Below, piece by piece: positions 55,543 to 64,000 of a stretch of DNA of 64,000 bases. Where the stretch lies: contig OX597815.1 in the NCBI GenBank assembly GCA_951406725.2, forward strand, positions 192,882,001-192,946,000, given 5' to 3'. The stretch's first letter is position 1. Each line of letters begins with the position of its first letter. The notes beneath the pieces were generated by a model. That model ran no database searches. It was not told where the DNA came from and was given only the letters and a program-made list of their open reading frames with translations. The stretch is from Octopus vulgaris. Lineage: Eukaryota. Made by a program: the position numbers and the translations under genes.

Positions 55543-55723
55543 CAATGTTGGTTTCAAAGACTAAGTTCTACCAAATAAATTTGACAGAACAACTCTCATG
55601 AAACCAAAATAGCATCAAAGTAAAACTAGAACAGTTCAACTTGTTGATACAATAATTTTAGTATTCCACAAATGTAACACTGTATGACAATAGCAGACAT
55701 CCAGTTGACTTGTATGTGGTATT
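55543..55723 (-). ncRNA. SNORA74: U19/SNORA74-like H/ACA snoRNA, copy A5
   Basis: Same as A1; boxes and pockets intact. Confidence 0.88.
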
Positions 55724-56226
55724 TCAGATAAATAAGCCTTTTGGAAATGATATCGAACCAAGTAAGAGACATTACCGACAATTCAGTTACTAGTACTATA
55801 ATAGAGCTTACTAAACAACACTGCGATCAAAACAAATTACAGTTGAACAACAATATTTCAAGTACTTTTAAAGTAAAATCACCAGGAAACACTTTCATGC
55901 AATATCTAATAACCAGTAATAGAATGTGAAGAATGTTGAAAACCTTGCTGAGCGTATATATTATGTATTTGATTATTGTGATGCAGATGATTTATTTACT
56001 CAAAACATCTGTTCAATATAACCTTTATCCATTTGTAAACATTAGATAAGCTACAGATTAGTAATAACTATGAATATGAATGATTATCATATGCAGCAAA
56101 ATGTAAAGATTTTCAGAGGATTAAAAAGAAATAATAATAATAATAATAAAAAAAGGGAGGGTCTGTCATTCACATGACTTAAAAAATTATCTATTTTCAC
56201 TCATTTCACTTCAAGTATATCATATA

Positions 56227-56580
56227 CTAACACTACGACCCGGCGTTGCCGGGTCATAGTCCTAGTGCATGCATGTGTGTGCACATACACGCGAGTACTG
56301 TCCAAATCTCCGACCAATCATATACAGCGCTAGCTGGCATTCAATTGGCGTATAAAGTTTCGGGCATTTTGATTGGGTTTTGGATAGAAAATTCACAAAA
56401 AAGTCACTTCCATTGATTTTTTAATGGCTTTGCAGGGTGACTGGAGAAATGTAAAGATGTGCACAACCACCCTTGGACGGTTTTGAATGACCATAGAAAG
56501 TACGAGCCCTCTAACTGAAAAATTGTGGATTTGTATAAAGGACACACATGCAGACATCTTGCCGTTTATATATATAGAGA
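56227..56580 (-). mobile_element. Non-autonomous Helitron
   Basis: On minus it starts A|TCTCTATATATATAAA and ends with a 13-bp GC hairpin (actatgacccggc-aac-gccgggtcgtagt) then TTAG|T; no TSD. Confidence 0.8.
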
Positions 56581-57127
56581 TCATATAATAATGGAGTCTA
56601 TTCACTATGTAAAATGTAAATAGAAAGAAAACGAAGACAAATCGGTTGAATAGAACTATATTTAAGGAGCCATCTAATAAACAAAACTATGGTTTACGAG
56701 TTGTTTTATGTATTCAAACAACCATAACAAAAATTGCAAAATTTATGCAAGAACTTTTGGCGAAGTCGTGACTGAAACATCAGCTTAATAAACAAGCTTT
56801 ATGAAATCAGTCCAAATTCACAAGTATTTTGGAATTTAAATTAAAACGCAGAAGGGTGAGATAAATTAGAAACATAATAGTAAATGGGTTAATTCATATC
56901 GGACTCAACCAATCAAGTTTATAGATTTCCAATGCCAAGCATATTTTTTTTGTGGAAGGTGTTGTGTCTTCAGGTAAAGATGTTTAAGATAGTTTTACTG
57001 TTAACCAACACATTTGGTAGCAATATTAAAGGAAAAGAAAACATATTCCTGTTATATACATAAACACAAGAATTTCTTTAGAGGATAGAGTTAAGGCTGC
57101 ATAAAACACAATAAGTTAATCAGTTAC

Positions 57128-57280
57128 CTGTCGCCTCCAATTTGCTGTTCTTCAAAATGTTCACATTTTCCAAGATTTTTCTCAGTCATCTTTTGAACTG
57201 ATGTTAAGATGGCACCACCACAAGCTTTCATGGTTCGATGAAGATCATCCTCAACTACACGGCCAGCACAAAACATGTCT
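57128..57280 (-). CDS. CCT7: CCT7 coding exon ([51 protein letters not shown])
   Basis: 153 bp, ttag/gtaac. DMFCAGRV motif; phases match both neighbours. Confidence 0.97.
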
Positions 57281-58027
57281 CTAAAAAATAAAAGTTGTAT
57301 TGTCAGACGACAGAAAGAGAAAATACTTCCATATTAAATCGACTCAACGCTGTGCTATGTATTCCTTTCACTACTCCCACAACCTTTAAAACTACACACA
57401 CACACCAACAACAATTTCTCCACTTAACTGTATTATATAAACTCCCACCACTAATGGTTCCGCAATTCATTATTTTTCACTTCAATCAAAGGTTTACGAC
57501 TACACTAAATACTTTGTCTTAATTACTTTCTCTCAAGCTGTATACATCATCATCGTTTAACATCCGCTTTCCATGCTGGCATGGGTTGGACGATTTTGAC
57601 TGAGGGCTGGCGAACCAGATGGCTGCACCAGGCTCCAATCTTGATTTGGCAGAGTTTCTACAGCTGGATGCCCTTCCTAACATCAACCACTCGTGGAGTG
57701 TAGTGGGTGCTTTTTACGTGCCATCTTATATATTAAACCTTCACACATTATATTTTATAGCAGAGAAGAATGATTATAGTCTTACAAGTTTGATTATTTG
57801 TTCAACCAATGAAGAAGTGTTTAGCTGAAAATAACCACTCAATAATTGGTACGCACATATTAAATCAAAGGCATCATATATTTGGAAGTGTCATAAGCAA
57901 AACAGATGAGTTTCAGAAATAATTCTTCACAACCAAAGAATTAGTAAACTGTTATAAAATCCTATACATACAAACACACACACACACACACACACTAACT
58001 CCCTCATAATATGAACACAGTATCACA

Positions 58028-58480
58028 TCAATCCTTCAGCATTTAAACCAGCCATATGCTGCCCAAATACTCTAGCCTTTCCTACTTTACAATGCCATTT
58101 TAAAAATAATCGTAAGGCGACCTGCTGTGCTTGAGGAGACCTATCGAGTCAAGTACATCAACATCAAAAAAGTCAAATGGAAATTGTAGTTGTGATACCT
58201 GTGCCGGTGGCACATAAAAAGCACCTACTACACCCACAGAGTGGTTGGCATTAGGAAGGGCATCCAGCTGTAGAAACTCTGCCAGATCAGACTGGAGCCT
58301 GGCACAGCCTCCTGACTCCCCAGACCCCAGTTGAACCATCCAACCCATGCTAACATGGAAAACGAACGTTAAACGACAATGATGATGTATCAAAGTCTTG
58401 CTGCTATGGGATAATGCACAATTCATTCAAAACTACCTGAGTAAATAAACATTACATTTGACCTGAATGATAAAGGGTTA
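58028..58480. mobile_element. piggyBac-like MITE interrupted by a family 4 SINE (about 58095-58388)
   Basis: cagcatttaaaccagcc left part and taaagggttaa right end, same family as 60932-61142. Confidence 0.7.
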
Positions 58481-58506
58481 ATGTTTGTGTTTATAGAAAG
58501 ACATAC

Positions 58507-58640
58507 CTATCAGCAAAATATTGTGTTGCTACATCTCCAATTGGTAATTTAGACAAAACTACATTGGCCCCACTTTTATGGATAGCTTCCAATTTATCGT
58601 AGAGAATAGACCATTCTGCATCCACAATAGACTGATATTC
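58507..58640 (-). CDS. CCT7: CCT7 coding exon ([45 protein letters not shown])
   Basis: 134 bp, acag/gtatgt. Apical-domain motif [19 protein letters not shown]. Confidence 0.98.
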
Positions 58641-60165
58641 CTGTAAGGGGAAAAAATTTTAAATTCAATATTACATATCAAATTGACTTTAAATATTAAC
58701 AGATTATAATAAATGGACTTCAATCTGGAATTAATTTAAATAACAAGTTTATGTTTCTTAATTACTTATTTACATATTTTTATGCTTCATCTGTTGTAGA
58801 TGAATTATTTTTAGTTTACAACTACTAATCAATCAGAATTATATATTTTTTCCTCAAAGACAATGAAAAGTAAAAGAAAAATATGTGTAAGATCAAGATT
58901 GAAGCTTGGTGCAGCCATCTGGTTTGCCAGCCCTCAGTCAAAATCGTCCAACCCATGCTAGCATGGAAAGCGGACGTTAAACAACAATGATGATGCATGC
59001 ACACACAAAAACAGTTCTGTTAGATGGCTTAGCTGAAGATATGCCTGCGTCAGTTGTTGACTGCCATGACACTGCATCCTTTAAGGCCCTCATGCTTTCT
59101 GAAATCCGTCGAAACTACACCTGATTATATATGCACTTTAGATGAGTTGTAGTGCACCTGAGCACTGTACACAATGTTTATTATTATTATTATTATATTG
59201 CTATGTCCTGTAACATTGAAAAGTTCTATATCACGGATAAATCTGCAGGTCTCTAAATCCCGAACTATAATTCAAATAGTGCTGTTTGGGAATAAAAACC
59301 TGAAACTAAATGTTCTTTTGTATGAGTAAGTTTAACTCCATTTTAGGAAAAACATTCTGTTTGTACCATGTGTGTATATTTTTTTGCCTTTTATCAAGAA
59401 AATTTCTCCAAATCTTTTTTCTTCTTTTGACTTTCAAGCACAACATCAGTTAATGCTGCAAGTGATAAGTTAAAACTCACTGATACAATCTGTTAATGAT
59501 TTAATTAGGAAACAATGCCCAAATATCAATATCTGGTGACCGTGTGTGAAAACACAGGTCGTCAAATCTTCACAACGAACACCAACAATCACTGTATCAG
59601 CAAATTTCATTCAAATTCACACAACAAGTATATTTTCATAAGACACCCGTGCCGGTGACAGCACCGCCTGACTGGCATCCGCGTTGGTGACCCGTAAAAG
59701 CACCAACCAATTGTGGCTGTTTGCCAGCCTGTTCTGGCACATAAAAAACACCCACTACACTCTCGGAGTGGTTGGCGTTAGGAAGGGCATCCAGCTGTAG
59801 AAACACTGCCAAATCAGACTAGAGCCTGGTGCAACTTCCATGGCTTCCAGACCCCTGTCAAACTGTCCAACCCATGCTAGCATGGAAAACGGACGTTAAA
59901 CGACAATGATAAGCTTGATACTGGACTGTCTGCATTTCTTTTGAATCTCTCGTTTCTAACAGGACAGTCATTTACATTGAGAAAGCATCTGAGAACATCA
60001 TGACTACTAAACACATCTCGTATAGTCATGGAATTTATAATATAAGACTACCAGGTCATTGGTTAAAAGTAAACTTCACAGAATACAAAAAAAAAATTAC
60101 CAAAATTCAACACAAAACCACAGCTAGAGCTGTGTGATAGATTAACAATAAAAATTAATAATTAC

Positions 60166-60330
60166 CTCTACATTATCAACTCTCACTTCAGCATTTTCTT
60201 TTTCAGCTTTCAATTCAAGTTCTACATTTAATAAAGCAAGCTTTGGACTTTCATAACTCTTCCGCTGCATCTCAAATCCAGCATAACTGAAGGTTTTTTT
60301 AAATGCTACTCCAGCAAACAATTTAGAGTC
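60166..60330 (-). CDS. CCT7: CCT7 coding exon ([55 protein letters not shown])
   Basis: 165 bp, gtag/gtaat. Contains the CCT7-specific [16 protein letters not shown] and [12 protein letters not shown] motifs. Confidence 0.98.
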
Positions 60331-60931
60331 CTACAAATAAAAAAAAACAATTTACAATATCTTCAAAAACTATGTACAAATACAGGTTGTCTTGGAATTA
60401 AATTTTTCACTAAAGCAGATTTATGTCAGCTGAGATGGATTAGCTAATTAAATACTGGCACGTAAAAGCACTCACTACACTCTCGGAGTGGTTGGCGTTA
60501 GGAAGGGCATCCAGCTGTAGAAACTCTGCCAGATCAAGATTGAAGCCTGGTGCAGCCATCTGGTTCGCCAGCCCTGAGTCATACGTCCAACCCATGCTAG
60601 CATGGAAAGCGGACGTTAAACGATGATGATGAGGATAAAAAGACTTTCCTAGTAGGTTTCTGTTCAGGAAAACAGAAATCACCCAACATAATTTCAATAA
60701 ACCTTATCCAACAATTAATTTCTCAGTTTTTCAAATAAATCAGAAAGTGTTCTTGTACCATTAGACAGACAACATCTAGAATACTGCACCATTCTAATAA
60801 TGAGCTTATTTAGTAAATTTGAAATTAAGCTTATTGAAAAGGTGATGGTAAATAGCAATATTTTAACCTCTTAACATTAGAGAACAAGAGAAATGGTTCA
60901 ATTAGAAACTGAAACCATGGCATAGATTTAA

Positions 60932-61142
60932 CCCTTTAGCATTTAAACCGGCCAAAAGTATTCTGCTTGTTTTATGTTCAAACTGGCCAGATCTGGTCTT
61001 TCACACCAACCCTACAATATCGTTTTAAAAATTAACAGCTACCTCATCAAAATCTCATAGCTACAAGGTAATGCCTGATTAATTCAAAACAATGTAGATG
61101 AAGAAGCATTAATTTTGGCAGAATAATGCAAACACTAAAGGG
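60932..61142. mobile_element. piggyBac-like MITE
   Basis: TTAA|CCCTTTAG...CTAAAGGG|TTAA. Confidence 0.88.
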
Positions 61143-61322
61143 TTAATTTACCAAGAATGTAAGGGCATCAAGAGACCAATCAATAATTGAAATTAGGCTT
61201 TACTGATAACATACTGGCATAAGATAATAGCATCTTAAAGGTTAAGTGTAAATGTTTATATAACAAAGGAACAAATAGATCAAATTTCCAACGTAGCCGA
61301 ATTACAAAAGATGAATATTTAC

Positions 61323-61494
61323 CTCAAGTGCACCTCCAGGCACTTTCTTCTTGCCAATCATATTTAAAGGTAGTAAGTCATCAAGCAACATAACAGCATC
61401 GACAACCATCTTAGCAAAGAATTCCTTCTGGTGAGCAACAAGTTTGGAACTAAGAGAAGTGGCAGCACATTTCTCCAATAAATTGCGTAATTCC
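61323..61494 (-). CDS. CCT7: CCT7 coding exon ([57 protein letters not shown])
   Basis: 172-bp exon, cctag/gtaaat. Near-identical to CCT7 motifs [15 protein letters not shown] and GGALE. Confidence 0.97.
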
Positions 61495-61612
61495 CTAGGC
61501 AAAAACATATATAAATAGATGAAGCATCAAGCAGGAAATAGTCATTCATTACTTTGTGAAACAAAGTGTATACAAGTGTAAGTTCCAATAACGAGTCCTA
61601 TAATACTCGTGT

Positions 61613-61775
61613 TTTATCAACAGTGCAAAAGTGAGCAGCTGGATTTAAGAGGCAATGGAAGAGTCCTGAAGACGACCCAAGGTCTTGACATCCTGCAACT
61701 GCCAGCACTGAAGAAAACATTGATCATGTTCACTACATGGAGATTGAAAACAGGCAATTGACTATAAATCAAAAA
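61613..61775 (+). pseudogene. mariner transposase N-terminal fragment
   Basis: LSTVQK*AAGFKR...EDDPRS*HPATASTEENIDHVH...RQLTINQ, with stops. Confidence 0.8.
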
Positions 61776-61951
61776 TCATATAAGGGTCAAGTGACACATC
61801 ACAAATTTTTGGCAGTAATTGAGTAAAAATGTACATCCAATGAATTATAACAAATACATCAAACTCAAAACTCCATTAACACCATATATTTCAACTCTCA
61901 TTTCTTTACAATGACAAAATCTCTTTATATATATATATATATAAATGTTAT

Positions 61952-62226
61952 AAGAAAATGGAGATAAGGATGTTAATTATTTATGATTAACAAATTAGTC
62001 ATCTTCAATTCTTACAGCTGTTTCAATTAATACTCAATAATTTAATTACAAATTTGTACATTAATTTTGCATTTATGTGACAAAAGCGTAGTTTCATCAG
62101 AGGGGGAAAAAATGCAAATTTGATGTACAAATCTGTAATTAGATTATTAAGTATTAATTGAAATGGCTGTAAGAGGTGATGACCAATTAGTTAATAAATA
62201 ATTAACTCCCTTATCTCCATTTTCTT
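61952..62226. repeat. Intronic inverted repeat, ~120-bp arms, probably Penelope-derived
   Basis: aagaaaatggagataagg...ttttgcattt versus aaatgcaaat...ccttatctccattttctt. Confidence 0.85.
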
Positions 62227-62526
62227 TTCTTCTTTTAAATAGATATAAACTATATGCTTAATATATATATACCTATTGTTTTAAGGGTATTTCATTCCCC
62301 AAAAATACTAGGTATTGAACCAGTATTTCTTTGGATGTAACCACCCCTTCATGTGGTTAACATAACCTCTAATTAAATTTATATATATATATATATTTAA
62401 GTATGTGAATGAATTATCCTAGTATTGATAATTCGGTTAATCGATACCTGGGTAGCAAATTCACGTCAGAAGTCACGGTTGAAGCTACATGCCAAGGGCA
62501 GAAACACACCGTGTTCTTGTGTGGTA

Positions 62527-62575
<49 letters not shown>

Positions 62576-62653
62576 TATGTATCAACAACAAACACTAACA
62601 AGTTCAAAGAAATTTTATGAAAAAAATGTAGGCATATTACAATTGAAACTTAC

Positions 62654-62706
62654 TTTTGGTCATCTTTCTTTACTTTCACTGCAATTTCTTTACATTTAGC
62701 AACAGC
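62654..62706 (-). CDS. CCT7: CCT7 (TCP-1 eta) internal coding exon, first in window (AVAKCKEIAVKVKKDDQK)
   Basis: 53-bp exon between ttttag and gtaagt. Translation aligns with human CCT7 AVNKIKEIAVTVKK. Phase 2 end joins the next exon. Upstream exons are not in the window. Confidence 0.92.
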
Positions 62707-64000
62707 CTAAAATAAAAAGTTAATGAAAGTTATTTTAATATTCTCAAACAATACTATATTCATGAGTATTTAAATCATGTTTTTAAGCACCAAATTAATT
62801 CTATTTGCCCTCTCTTAGCTGCTCAATGACCAAGTATTTATACAATTTTTATAAGGTAAAGTGTGTCTTGTTCTGTGTATATATATTGCCGCCCAACAGA
62901 AATGGAAGAAAAAAAAAAAAAAAAAAAAAAAGTTGCAGAATGTCATGTGCAGTTGCCAGTAAATGACCATAATATGGTGTAGAGTAGTTAACCTGGAACA
63001 GGGTCTCCCAAAGTGTTCTGCAAAACCCCAGGGTTCCCTGAAAGTTATCAGGGGTTCCATGTCTTTAAAAATAATGCCGAAAGAATCCACTACAAAAAGA
63101 GTTTAGAGAACCACTGATCTAGCAATTAACTAAATATTTTTAGGCTTACCCAAGTCATACAGGGGTGTTTGCAGTTGTTCACTGATATAGTTGTCTGTGA
63201 AACAAGTTTCTCACCATGTAAAAAGACGAACATATGGCGCATCTTTTATTGTATTTGGAGGTGAGGAAAATATAATGGTTGTATGGGAACCACTGATCTA
63301 GCAATTGATTGAATGTTTTCAGGTTTACCTAAGCCATGCCTTTGTATGAATTCAGACAGTGCTGTTTGTCAATAGTGCCGTCAGTGGAACACGTTTCTCA
63401 CCAAGTATGATGCATGTGTTTATTGTGTTTGAAGATGTATATGCATGCTTGCAGCATATCCTGTGCATTCATTTTAGTAATGGTGATGTAGCTTCCATCA
63501 ACAGATGTGTAGTGCTTGCTATTAAATGGTGCTTTACTATCAGCACCAAGCATTCCACCTATAGAGCAGGCTACAGTAAGGTAGCCACACAATTTTGTAA
63601 CAGTGTTATTTCTACATACAGGATAATACACTACCTTGACCCACAAATGTTATACTAGGGTTGGCTTTTATATGGGACCAATAGAAAATTCCCAATTTTT
63701 TGTCCATAAATAGTGGTGGTGGGGGTCACTTTTACATGAAATCGACTATTACTCGAGTAAATATGGTAATTGCAAAGGAAACTTTAATGGCATGCAATCA
63801 TGCCATGTCTGAATCCATTATTTATTATCAGTTTCAGTAAATTTCTTTCATATATGAAGTTAATTGGATCAATTTTCTGCAGTTTTAGAGAGAAACTACA
63901 TATAAAATACCATAAACTGTCTCATGTAAAAGTAACACCCCCACCCCACTATTTTAGGCGTTTACCAAAATTAAATCAGCCTAGTTTAAAACTTTTAATT

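Larger units (their letters stand above)
48644..55750. repeat. Intronic tandem array: four full units (A-to-A spacing 1490, 1862, 1790, 1757 bp) plus a terminal A copy
   Basis: Near-identical recurring blocks (e.g. ggtttcaaagactaagttctacc, agattccttgtaagatctaagcac). Each unit holds snoRNA A, a SINE fragment, snoRNA B and a TTAA-bounded MITE. Confidence 0.97.

Noticed and set aside
48644-55750. Tandem array as duplicated CCT7 exons, a coding repeat or a CRISPR-like array
   Set aside because: No CCT7 similarity, flanking exons join in frame without it, ORFs are short, and units are kb-sized without unique spacers.
63359-63658. ORFs near the window end as an upstream CCT7 exon
   Set aside because: No GDGTT or other CCT7 similarity; the region contains DNA-transposon fragments.

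Overview
AT-rich, repeat-dense animal DNA. The SINE families and very long (TA)n/(ATAC)n tracts suggest an octopus genome (inference). Positions 1-43.5 kb have no confidently callable protein gene: they hold tRNA-derived SINEs, microsatellites, MITEs, LINE and RLE-retrotransposon fragments, and Penelope-like fragments with hammerhead-like cores. From about 43.9 kb to the window end, the minus strand carries the last eight coding exons of CCT7 (TCP-1 eta chaperonin), with clean GT-AG junctions and consistent phases; the 5' exons lie outside the window. The most notable feature is in the 9.1-kb CCT7 intron (47995-57127): a ~7.1-kb tandem array of 1.5-1.9-kb units carrying nine box H/ACA snoRNA-like genes on the CCT7 sense strand. 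Five are three-hairpin U19/SNORA74 (yeast snR191)-type guides whose pockets match the 28S rRNA helix-69 loop. They alternate with four two-hairpin derivatives that keep H/ACA geometry but have altered antisense elements.
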